From Paraspadella gotoi (lineage: Eukaryota; Animalia; Chaetognatha): DNA of 64,000 nt. The stretch covers positions 23,964,349 through 24,028,348 of the forward strand of contig CM119268.1 of NCBI GenBank assembly GCA_051294375.1, in the 5' to 3' direction. The notes under the pieces are model-generated. The model was not told where the DNA came from and made no database searches. It saw only the letters and a program-made list of their open reading frames with translations. Of this stretch, positions 52,321 through 64,000 are shown piece after piece. How positions within the stretch are numbered: the first letter of the stretch is position 1; every line of letters starts with the position of its first letter. A program made the translations under genes and the position numbers.

Positions 52321-52896
52321 CAGAGGGTCACGATTTTCATTTTTGAGTTCATGGTCCAACACATTTTTCTTTTTTGAGTTTCAGAGGTCACGATTTTCTT
52401 TTTTGAGTTCAGAGGTCAAATTTTCTTTTTAGTTCAGAGGTCACAATTTTCTTTTTGAGTCAGAGGTCACGATTTTCTTTTTTGGAGTTCAGAGGTCACG
52501 AATTTTTCTTTTTAGTTCAGAGGTCACAATTTTCTTTTTGAGTTCAGACGGTCACGTTTTTCTTTTTGAGTTCAGAAGGTCACGATTTTCTTTTAGTTCA
52601 GAGGTCACATTTCTTTTTGAGTCAGAGGTCACAATTTTTCCTTTTGAGTTCAGAGGTCACACGATTTTTCTTTTTGAGTTCAGAGTCCACGATTTTCTTT
52701 TGAGTTCAGAGGTCACAATTTTCTTTCTTTTGAGTTCAGAGTCACGATTTTTTTTTTTTTTGAGTTCAGAGGTCACGATTTCTTCTCCTTTTTTTAACGT
52801 TCAGAGGTCACTCACATTTTCTTTTTGAGTCTCAGAGTTCACTCATTGTTCTTTTCTTTTTTTTTTGAGTTCAGAGGTCACGATTTTCTTTTTGAG
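52321..52896 (+). repeat. ~26-27-bp minisatellite (second copy of 43316-43801)
   Basis: Same unit, about 20 units, followed by the same unique flank (TTGATAAATGATAATAA). Confidence 0.9.
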
Positions 52897-53317
52897 CTTT
52901 GATAAATGATAATAACAATAAATAATAAATGACCAATAAATGCCTAACAATGTATAATATACATTTTATATAATCTAATATAAAACCTTGTATTGTACAC
53001 AAACATATTAATAAAAATAAAATAACGTAATATTTTTTGATAAATAAATCTTATCTTTTATATTTACCTGAAGTAATTTACAATTTTGATAACAAACTAA
53101 AAAATCTGAATATTTTGTGTGAAAAATATTTTCTAAAAAAAAAAAATAAAAAAAAAGTCTAAATTCTAAAACTTAAGAGGTTTTTACGACTTTAAGTTTT
53201 GAGTTAAACCAGGTTTTTAGGTTTTTAGTTTTTTAAAGATGAAGAGAAAAAGTCTGGAAAATGAAGATAATTAAAGGGCGAGACTGAATTCGGTATTTGT
53301 GTGAGTCAGAGAGAGAG

Positions 53318-53364
<47 letters not shown>

Positions 53365-53394
53365 AGAGGTTATCGTACATCCTCTTTCTTTCCC

Positions 53395-53451
<57 letters not shown>

Positions 53452-55710
53452 GAAGATTTAATGCTTGTCTGATATAGTAAAAATTTTAAGCCATTTCTGT
53501 ATATTAGAGTAAGAGAAAGAGTAAGAGTAAGAGGAGTCATGGATTAAGAGGAAAAGAAAAGAAAAGAAAAGAAAAGAAAAGAAAAGAAAAGAAAAGAAAA
53601 GAAAAGAAAAGAAAAGAAAAGAAAATAAAGAGAAAAGAATAAGAAAAGAAAAGAAAAGTAAAGAAAAGAATAGAAAAAAAATAAAAGAGAAAGAAAAGTT
53701 TTATTTTGTCTTAAATTTTCCCAAATGTTTTTGCCACAATTGAAAACTTTTTTCTTATATGGATTTATACAATTTATGATGTTTCGAATCAATATCCTTT
53801 TTAAGATTTTTATAGTTTTTGTCTGCCATTTTGTATTTATTTATTTAGTGTTTCTTTACTATCTTTAACTCGGACTGTAAGGATAAGGGTAAGGGAAAGC
53901 TGCAAAAGGCTAACCTGGGTGAGAGAGAAATTCTCTTTATTTTTAATTGTTTCTTTCCTTCCTTTTATTTTCTTAATTCCCTTTTGTCTTTTGCTTCATT
54001 TCCTTTATTGTCCTTTTTCTTTCCTCCATTTCCTTTGTTTTGTTCTTTTTCTTTCTTTTCCTCCATTTCCGTTTTTGTCCTTTTTCTTTCCTCCATTTCC
54101 TTTATTTTGTCCTTTTTCTTTCTTTTCCTCTATTTCCCTTTTTGTCCCTTTTCTTTCCTCCATTTCCTTTATTTTGATCTTTTCCTTTCTTTCCCTTTTT
54201 GTCCCTTTTCTTTCCTCCATTTCCTTTGTTTTGTCCTTTTTCTTTCTTTTCATCCATTTCCCTCTTTGTCCTTTTTCCTTCTTTTCCTCCATNNNNNNNN
54301 NNNNNNNNNNNNNNNNNNNNNNNNNNNNNNNNNNNNNNNNNNNNNNNNNNNNNNNNNNNNNNNNNNNNNNNNNNNNNNNNNNNNNNNNNNNNNNNNNNNN
54401 NNNNNNNNNNNNNNNNNNNNNNNNNNNNNNNNNNNNNNNNNNNNNNNNNNNNNNNNNNNNNNNNNNNNNNNNNNNNNNNNNNNNNNNNNNNNNNNNNNNN
54501 NNNNNNNNNNNNNNNNNNNNNNNNNNNNNNNNNNNNNNNNNNNNNNNNNNNNNNNNNNNNNNNNNNNNNNNNNNNNNNNNNNNNNNNNNNNNNNNNNNNN
54601 NNNNNNNNNNNNNNNNNNNNNNNNNNNNNNNNNNNNNNNNNNNNNNNNNNNNNNNNNNNNNNNNNNNNNNNNNNNNNNNNNNNNNNNNNNNNNNNNNNNN
54701 NNNNNNNNNNNNNNNNNNNNNNNNNNNNNNNNNNNNNNNNNNNNNNNNNNNNNNNNNNNNNNNNNNNNNNNNNNNNNNNNNNNNNNNNNNNNNNNNNNNN
54801 NNNNNNNNNNNNNNNNNNNNNNNNNNNNNNNNNNNNNNNNNNNNNNNNNNNNNNNNNNNNNNNNNNNNNNNNNNNNNNNNNNNNNNNNNNNNNNNNNNNN
54901 NNNNNNNNNNNNNNNNNNNNNNNNNNNNNNNNNNNNNNNNNNNNNNNNNNNNNNNNNNNNNNNNNNNNNNNNNNNNNNNNNNNNNNNNNNNNNNNNNNNN
55001 NNNNNNTTGTCTCTGCCATCCATGCCTCTTTGTTCCAACCACCCATGCCATTTTGACCTTGCCATCCAGGCCACTTTGTTCTACATCCATGCCACTTTTT
55101 TTCCTGCCATCCATGCCACTTTATCTTTGCCAGTCCGTTCAGCTTTTTTCTTCCTTCGCCAGCGACAATCTCTCTTTACTTTCCGCATTTNNNNNNNNNN
55201 NNNNNNNNNNNNNNNNNNNNNNNNNNNNNNNNNNNNNNNNNNNNNNNNNNNNNNNNNNNNNNNNNNNNNNNNNNNNNNNNNNNNNNNNNNNNNNNNNNNN
55301 NNNNNNNNNNNNNNNNNNNNNNNNNNNNNNNNNNNNNNNNNNNNNNNNNNNNNNNNNNNNNNNNNNNNNNNNNNNNNNNNNNCGCCGCCGCCGGCACGAG
55401 TCATCCCATGACTCTATCTTCATTTTCCTCCCTATGTATTAAGACGGGCTAAAATTTAACATTTTTTACAATATGAAACTATAAGATAAATCTTAAATTT
55501 TTTTAGATTTTTACGATCTTTAATAAATACATTAACAATATTTTTACCGGACTTCTGTTAGTTCCGCCTTACTATATATATCCCATTTTTTACCCACTCT
55601 CTCCCTCTCTCACTCTCACATTCTCNNNNNNNNNNTCGCTCTCCCTCTTTTTTCCTTTCCCTCTCTCTCTCCCTTCATCTCCCCCTCCTCTTTCTCCCAT
55701 TCTCCCCCCC

Positions 55711-55746
<36 letters not shown>

Positions 55747-55871
55747 CTTTCCCTCCCTTGCTCTCTCTCTCCCTCTCTTTCCTTATCTCTTCCTTTCTCT
55801 CTCTTTTCTCTCTCTCTATGTTTCTCCCTCTCTCTCTCTGCCCCCTCCAGTTTCCTCGTGCGACGCAACCT

Positions 55872-55917
<46 letters not shown>

Positions 55918-56141
55918 GGGAAAGAGAGAGAGAGAGTGAGAGAAAGAGAAACTCGGTTTGTCAAATCTCAACAGCAAACAAACCCAGCATCGTCCTTCAT
56001 GGATTCTCCTTCTACCAAAAACTCGTAACAACGGTTCTAAGTCTCGATCGTTACCGAATCAGGACCTGATCGCTTCGGCCTGAGGTTAACGATACCACAC
56101 ACAATTCTGTTTGCCTCTGAATAAGACACGATTGCTTTTTT

Positions 56142-56205
<64 letters not shown>

Positions 56206-57399
56206 TTCATTGTTTACATTATTTTGTCATGGCGCATATGATATTTTTTTACATTTAAATATTAGGAGGATGATGAAATTTAATATTATTTTTTTCATTT
56301 CCTTTTAAAAAAACGTAAAAAAGGTTTAAAAATTTAACCCGACTTTTTCTAAGGTTTTTTATTCTTAACTTCTCAGGGGAATACCGTTTTTGTTTCTTAA
56401 TTTTCATTTTACTATTTTCATTTTCATAATATCTATTTTAACTAACAACATAATTTTCATATTTTCATAGTATTCATAATTTTTAAGTTAAAAAGTTGTG
56501 TATCTTTGACATAACCTAACCACTAAAAACAAGATCCGGTACATCCAATATGTTGCGCCGCAGTACTTTCTTTCGGCATTCATTTCCTGTCATCACAATA
56601 CGACATGACTATCAATTGATGTAAAACAAACGTTTATCACTACTGTGAAAAGGTTTTCATTTTAAACAACCATACATCCACGAAAATATGCCGCATTTAC
56701 GTATTTTGAAGTGGTCATGTGTCTACACAAGTATGTGTAGGATTCGATCCAGGATGCACAAGAAGCATTTAGTGTCTTATCAGTCTTACCATTTACAATA
56801 ATTAACTAAAATAACTTTTTAGCCTATATATTTACTTGTTTACGCACTACCAACGGCATTCCATCTTTATTCTTTAGATTATGGATTTCCTAAGGTGCGC
56901 TCGCAGTCATTATATGGAGGTAATTCGTTCTTCGTCTTAAACAAATGAACACTATACGGCGAATTATAAGCATTTTAATTAATTAGCCAGACCGACAGGC
57001 AGACATACCCACCGACTGACATACCGATCCAAAAGCAACTAAAAAGAAATAAAGTTCGTCATTCTGTTTTATGTCATTTTAGTCATTTCTGTCATTTAAT
57101 TTCAAGACGTCATTCTTTCATTTCTTTCCCTGGAATCCCGATATCATTTTGTCATATCTTTTCTTGACATTCTGTCAATTCCGCGTCTTGGAATTCAGAG
57201 AAAATATTATCATGGTTTAACAGGAAAATCCGACTTATCCCAGGATTTTTATAAGATTAAAAAAAAAACATAAAAAGTCAAAATATTAAAAAAAAATAAA
57301 TGAAAAAAAAGAAATATAAATTTTAATGTTAAAATTTTTATCAAGAGTTGAATGAAATTAAACTTTTTATGACGATTAACATATATTTATTTATTTATT

Positions 57400-57434
<35 letters not shown>

Positions 57435-57646
57435 TATTTATTTATTTATTTATTTATTTATTTATTATTTTTTCATATCTCTTCTCAGGCTATGAGATTT
57501 GTGATGAAATTATGTGATTTAATATAATCAAAAGATTAATGATAAAGCATCATAATTGCTTCATTGATAGGGAAAACCAGAAATTCCTAGGAGTGAGACT
57601 CGTTAGAGTCTGATTTGAAAAGCTTGAGGGACCTGCTATGTCATTA

Positions 57647-58246
57647 TGTAGTCGGGCATTGCCTAGGTTCACCCCGCCTAGAATCATGACACTTTCAGAT
57701 TTGACCCAGTGACTATTGTAGTAAAGATCAGCTCATTGACCACTAGTAAACCCGGTCAATTCCCAACCGGTACCGGACTCCTGCTGGAAGCGTGAGGAGG
57801 CGAAGCGCTTGGGGCGACATGGGCAACCTCAAGACGGTTCAGCCCAGGGACCCGTTCCAAATGGCTGCTAGAGGGTTATAGAAAGTCTATGGAGCAGTCA
57901 TCCTAGCCCACGTACACGCTTATCCACACTTGTGAGCCGCATCCTGTCGAGCGTATTCCAACCTTCTAGATTCCAGGCCCCAATGGACGTCGCCGAAGAT
58001 TGCTCCCGCTTCCCTCCACTCGAAGCAGTGCAGGTGGGTTACAAATGCTGGGGGGCATGTAGTCGGCCTTTGCCTTAGGTTCACCCCCGCCTAGAATCAG
58101 TGAGTCACTTCAAATTGTGACCCGCAGGGGCTCATTGAGTAAAACCATTAGCTTAATGACCCACTAGGTACCGCTTTCAATTCCCAACCGTACCTAATTC
58201 CTGCGGGAAGCGTGAGGACGTGGCCGTAGCCGCCCTTGGGGGGCAT
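57647..58246 (+). mobile_element. SINE-like element, head-to-tail 1.5-mer (same locus as 49949)
   Basis: Unit start TGTAGTCGG occurs at 57647 and again at 58058 (period 411 bp). Confidence 0.7.
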
Positions 58247-58646
58247 TGTAAAGAGAATATGAAAGGAAAACTTCTCCAATCTTTCTTTTTGATAGACCTA
58301 TTTGTAGATTGGTTGTTGATATATTTGAATTAGTAAAGGCTCCATCTGTCAAGTCATCTCTCTTCAACTTCCTCCTCTTCTTCCTCCTCCTCCTCCTTTC
58401 GATCGGCAACACTTTCGCCATCTGTCGACTCGATCGAAAAACTTTTTTGGCTTCGAATAAACAAAAGAACAATAAGGGAGAGAGGGGAGGATGGGAGAGA
58501 GAGAGAGAGAGAGAGAGAGGGGGGCGGATGTTGTATCGGCGGAAGAAGAAACGAAGATTTTAATCTGTCTTTGTTTTGTTTGCTTCTGTTTCTAGTTTTG
58601 TTTTTTTTTCTGTTTTTATTTTTGTTTTTGTTTTTGTCCTCAGCCC

Positions 58647-58895
58647 TATAGTCGGGCATTGCAATAAATTCACCCCGCTTATAAGCCTAACACCTTCAGC
58701 CATCAGCTCATGATCACTAAGTACCGTGTTCAATCCCTGCGGGAAGCGTGAGGACGGCCGTAAACCGCCTTGGAGGCCTGGAAAATCTCCAAGCCTGGTT
58801 CCAAGCCAGGACCCGTTCCATGGCTGCTAGAGGGGTCAAAGAAGTTGCGGATAGTCATCTTAAGCCTCCTTAGTGCTTTATATATCGCCCTCCAC
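58647..58895 (+). mobile_element. SINE-like element (same locus as 50950, cleanest body sequence)
   Basis: TATAGTCGGGCATTGC ... GCCATCAGCTCATGATCACTAAGTACCGTGTTCAATCCCTGCGGGAAGCGTGAGGACGGCCGTAAACCGCC ... Confidence 0.75.
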
Positions 58896-58901
58896 AAATA
58901 C

Positions 58902-59743
58902 TTTTAGTTGACCCACGAGTACTTGTGAACCAACTCTATAAGTCATTTTTCGGTCGGTCGGTCTGTCGGTCGGTATGTCTGTCCGTCAGTCTGTCCCACT
59001 TACGTTAAAAATGCATAATATTCGCTATAGTTGGTTGCTCATTTGTTAAGACAGGAAAAAACCNNNNNNNNNNNNNNNNNNNNNNNNNNNNNNNNNNNNN
59101 NNNNNNNNNNNNNNNNNNNNNNNNNNNNNNNNNNNNNNNNNNNNNNNNNNNNNNNNNNNNNNNNNNNNNNNNNNNNNNNNNNNNNNNNNNNNNNNNNNNN
59201 NNNNNNNNNNNNNNNNNNNNNNNNNNNNNNNNNNNNNNNNNNNNNNNNNNNNNNNNNNNNNNNNNNNNNNNNNNNNNNNNNNNNNNNNNNNNNNNNNNNN
59301 NNNNNNNNNTTTATACAGATCTGGTCAAAAAAAAGTTTAAACTTTGAACACCTTACTATCTTGCTTGTCTGTCGTCCGACAACGTATTAACTANNNNNNN
59401 NNNTTAAACTTTGAACCCCTTACTATCTTGCTTGTCTGTCGCCTGACAACGTATTAACTAAGTGAGTCCTAAAAAGTATTATTTNNNNNNNNNNNNNNNN
59501 NNNNNNNNNNNNNNNNNNNNNNNNNNNNNNNNNNNNNNNNNNNNNNNNNNNNNNNNNNNNNNNNNNNNNNNNNNNNNNNNNNNNNNNNNNNNNNNNNNNN
59601 NNNNNNNNNNNNNNNNNNNNNNNNNNNNNNNNNNNNNNNNNNNNNNNNNNNNNNNNNNNNNNNNNNNNNNNNNNNNNNNNNNNNNNNNNNNNNNNNNNNN
59701 NNATAAAGTCATTGCGGCGCAACACATTGGAATCACCGTTCTT
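58902..59743 (+). mobile_element. HINE family 2 copy (same locus as 51209, gapped)
   Basis: TTTT-AGTTG..CACGAGT/ACTTGTG..CAACT palindrome, (GGTC)n, core, and 3' end at ~59705-59743. Interrupted by N gaps. Confidence 0.7.
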
Positions 59744-59947
59744 TTTTCTATATCCTTTTCTGGTAGTAGTTGCTATGTGATCACATATTAGTTTATTATT
59801 TTTTAATATCGTTCTATCATTAATTTTCTTTAGTCGCGCAACAGCATTGAAACAGTAAATCAATTATTTCATCTTAAGACTTAACTTTTGGAGATGGGCA
59901 AAAAAAAGAGAGAGAGAGATGAAAGAGATGAGAGAGAAGATAGAGAG

Positions 59948-59983
<36 letters not shown>

Positions 59984-60426
59984 CCCGTCTCTTGATCCAC
60001 CCGCGACCCAAAAGCGACGCACGTAGTTGATCACGTGACTGGAGTCAAAACCGCCGTGAGTTAAAGGGAGAATTCTGTGAAGCAGAAATGAGGAAACACT
60101 TAAAGTTATAAATGATTATATGTTGGTTACTTATCAGGATACGAGTAGATGAATGAATGTATGAATGAATTGATGAATGTATGAATGAAAAAATTAATGA
60201 ATGAATAACGATCAACATTATTATATATACTTTTGATGAATGATCATATAGTTTTAATATGTTTTTGTACAAAATCTAGATGAGGTGAATTACAGTATGA
60301 TATTCATTATTGGCCTCAAATTTTAATTTAATAACATATTTTTAAATGCAAATATTTTTTCAGGAAATAAAATTCCTTTTCTGATTCAAAGGAAAAAAAT
60401 TACAAAAGGGAAAGGATAAGATGAAT

Positions 60427-60493
<67 letters not shown>

Positions 60494-61156
60494 CCCGCGC
60501 GGCTTAGTCAAGTCTGGGACAGAAAACTTTTCAGGAATTTCGTCTCAAATTTTTTTTCTTCGTCTTCGATGTCGACATTGACAACGGAAGCTTGTGAAGC
60601 AAAATGGTTGTGTCATTTTTGAGGCGAACGATTCACATTTTGTAAAGTGAGAAGCGAATGAAGTGAATGAAGTTGTGAATGTGAAGGGAAAGGGACAGTG
60701 AATTTTGTTGTTGTCGTCGTCGTCATTTTCAGATTAAAGCGTGGAAAAAAAATATTAAAAATCGATTTTCGTTATTTTCTTCTTTTTGGGCTTAATGGAG
60801 TTTANNNNNNNNNNNNNNNNNNNNNNNNNNNNNNNNNNNNNNNNNNNNNNNNNNNNNNNNNNNNNNNNNNNNNNNNNNNNNNNNNNNNNNNNNNNNNNNN
60901 NNNNNNNNNNNNNNNNNNNNNNNNNNNNNNNNNNNNNNNNNNNNNNNNNNNNNNNNNNNNNNNNNNNNNNCAAACAATACTCTTTCTTTTTTATTCATAT
61001 TTATTTCTTGGAAATCAACTAAAAAAAATCGATTTAAAAAAAAACATTCATTTTTTCTTTTCTTTCATTTTTGCCTCAAGGAATAAAACGATTATACTCA
61101 ATGAATTGAGATAAAGGAAAGTTTTCTTACGATATCACGATAACATCTCTCTCTCT

Positions 61157-61187
<31 letters not shown>

Positions 61188-61521
61188 ACCCCGAAGCCCC
61201 AAAAAAACGATTTCATTAAATTCACTTCATTGATTTTTTGTTCTTTTGTTGTGAATCTGAGTTACGATTTCTGCCGGAAGGAGCGCTGAAATCAGCGGCA
61301 GAGGAGATGAAGGATAAGCAAGCTGCGTAGCAGGGGAGGCTGCGGCGACAGCAGCGGCGGCGGCAGCGGCGGCAGCAGCAGCGGCGGCGGATGTGAAATT
61401 GAGCGGATATTAAAAAAAATATCTCCTTTCTCTTTCACTTATTTTCTCTTACTTTTCTTTTTCTCTTTCTACAAGTTTTCTTACGATATTATTATAATAT
61501 GTAGCTTTCTCTCTCTTCTCT

Positions 61522-61554
<33 letters not shown>

Positions 61555-62069
61555 NNNNNNNNNNNNNNNNNNNNNNNNNTTTTTTTTCAAAAAATATTTT
61601 ATTAATTTGAAATTCTTTTCGACAATCTGAAAAAAAATGTTGGTGCCATGTGAGTGATGAGAAGAGAGATGAAGAGAGATGCAGGACGAGTCAGAGATGA
61701 GAGAGAGAGAGAGACGAGAGAGAGGAGAGAAAGATAAAGAAGAGTACGAGAAAGAGAGAGAGAGAGCAGAGAAGAGAGGAGAGAGAGAGAGAGGAGAGGC
61801 AGAAAAAAGAGGAGAAGAAGAGAAAGTCTACATATTTATAATAATATCGTAAGAAACTATGGTAGAAGAGAAAAAGAAAGTAAAAGTAGAAATAGAGTGA
61901 AAGAGAAAGGAGAATATTTTTTTTTAAATAATCCCGCTCATTTCAACATCCCGGCCGCGGCTGCTGGCTGAAAAAAAAATATAAAAAATGTTGAGAAAAA
62001 AGAATCAGCGTCTTTAAGTTTTAATATCGATTTGAATAAACTTGAATTTTCTCCCTCATTCTTTTGAAT

Positions 62070-62116
<47 letters not shown>

Positions 62117-63436
62117 CTCTCTCTGTCTCTCTCTCTGTTTCTGTATTGTCATTCAAATAGATTAGAGTCATTATTATGAAATTCTCTCGATCCTGAGCAA
62201 AGCGTTAAGTTTCGAGAAAAGATAATCCAGACTTCGTCATAATCTGAGGTGAGTTTCTCGAGGTGAGTTCAAAGGAAAAATGAAAATGAAGAAAAAGGAA
62301 AGAAAATTAGAATAAATAAAATGTAATGGCTTAAACTTGACGCTCGTAGATAATTAAACGAGTTTATCCTTAAAACTTAGATTTTGAAGAAAATTCCACT
62401 CAATTTGTCAATTTGTCGATTTGTCAATCTGTCAATATGATAACCACGATCATATTTGTAATATGAGTCTGGCGACTCGAATGACCAAAGGCTTTATATA
62501 TTTAACAACGTATTTTACGAGTTAAGAATATATTTGCTACCACAAGTCAATGATGAAGCAAAGACTTTTTATCACAGATTGTGATAAGTGAAACTCGTTA
62601 GATTCACATCTAAATCTAAATCTTCAAACGGAAAAAAGTGAAAAATAAAAAAATACAAAAGAGAATTAAACATTATTGGTGGACAAGTTTAACTATTAAA
62701 ATTTCAGATAAATTGGAATACGAAATACAATATAAAATAAAATAAAGTTTAATTGTTGAAGTTGAAATAGTTAAATAAAAATCGTTGCAATATATTTTGT
62801 TTGTTCTATTTCTTTTTTACCAAATTCTACCAAATTCATAAATAAAAATATGACCAATTACTAAGATTGGAAAAAAAAGTGTCGCGGTTACTTTCCAGTT
62901 ACATATATTACATATATTACTTTCCAGTTATATAAAAGAAAAACGTTGAGAAAACTTCATACGAAACTCTCTTTCTCTCTCTGTCTCTCTCTCTCTTCCA
63001 CTCGCTCTCACTATGGGTCCAAACGAAGTATTAAATTCACTGTCATTTTATCCAGAAATCTTTATAGGAAGGCAGAAGGAGGAGGAGGAGGAGGAGGAGG
63101 AAGAGAACGGACCTTACTTCACCCTTCTCCCCTCTTTCACGGCCTCCACGATTCATCCACAATTTCCATCGAAAGTGAAACTCATAATTCACGATTTCAA
63201 AGTGAAAGACGACGACGACGACTACGACGACGAGACAATTCGAGATTCACGGTCAAAATGATGAGTCGATCACGCGAGGTCAACAAATGTCACNNNNNNN
63301 NNNCTCGCTGCTGTGAATCCGTGAATCAAAGAAGCAGAAAAAGGGAAATCGATTGTGTGGATCCGGATGTAGAACCGGATGTAAAACCAGAAGTAGAACC
63401 GGATGTAGATGAGGATGTGTAGCAATGATAATTTCA

Positions 63437-63488
<52 letters not shown>

Positions 63489-64000
63489 AAGAAGACAAAA
63501 GCCCTTTTGAATGACAGAAAGGAGAAGAAAGGAAAATTCGGCACACCAGACAATATCTAGTATGCGGCACACTAGATATTGTCTAGTATGCGACACACTA
63601 CACACGAGCCAATTCAATCTATGGCTTCTTACTCATTCGTGATTCGACTGCATCAGTGATTCTGAGGTCAATAAAATTCTTTCCATTTCATATCAGTTTC
63701 ACTCTCTTCCTCTGCCTCTTACCGTCTCGCTAATTCGGCTCTCCTCTCTCTCTCTCTCTCCTCTCTTCTCTTCTGTCTCTTCTGCTCGTCTCTCTTCTCT
63801 CTCCTTTCCTCTTCGTCTCTCTCCATCTCTCTCTCTCTCACATCTCTCTTCTCTCTACTCTCGCATTTCTCCAAGCGAAGTTTTCTGCTCCGAGAGAAGG
63901 CCGAGGTGGCACGACCATTTTCGAGTCGAGTGATTGCATTAATGTGTGAGAGAGAGAGAGAGAGAGAATGAGAGAGAAAGTAGAGAGAGAGAGAGAGAGA

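Larger units (their letters stand above)
43316..60249 (+). repeat. Apparent ~8-9-kb tandem duplication (43316-52295 vs 52321-60249), probably one locus assembled twice
   Basis: The copies are colinear throughout and joined by an exact 25-N gap (52296-52320). Differences are mostly 1-2-bp indels. Copy A is continuous where copy B has N gaps. Confidence 0.9.

Noticed and set aside
58020-58110. HDV-like or hammerhead ribozyme at the SINE head-to-tail junction
   Set aside because: Small hairpins exist (CTAGG/CCTAG, ATGC/GCAT), but I could not build the nested double pseudoknot or the conserved catalytic cores.
59335-59462. ~60-bp direct repeat
   Set aside because: It straddles a 10-N gap and is an unmerged contig overlap. 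The corresponding region in copy A has only one copy.

Overview
Eukaryotic (metazoan, probably invertebrate) non-coding DNA from a gappy draft assembly. It is AT-rich and saturated with (AG/CT)n, (GAAA)n and triplet microsatellites. The composition and repeat types are compatible with a mollusc or cephalopod, but the sequence alone does not prove this. I can support no protein-coding gene: every long ORF in the track is an N-gap or microsatellite artefact, and only a few weak candidate exons remain. Supported content is five things. (1) A 1003-bp TTAA-flanked Kolobok-type DNA transposon, seen at both a filled site (44148-45150) and an empty site (~53233). (2) Two families of Helentron-associated non-autonomous (HINE/DINE-1-like) elements. 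(3) A ~400-bp tRNA-related SINE-like family, partly head-to-tail, whose body folds like a degenerate twister ribozyme. (4) A ~300-bp terminally redundant dispersed repeat. (5) Several minisatellites (one built of DR1 nuclear-receptor motifs, one TTAGG-rich with higher-order structure) and a phased cluster of five ATCACGTGAC E-boxes. Much of the large-scale structure sits at exact 25-N gaps and looks like long-read gap-filling artefact. This includes the 9-kb tandem duplication and the inverted segments.
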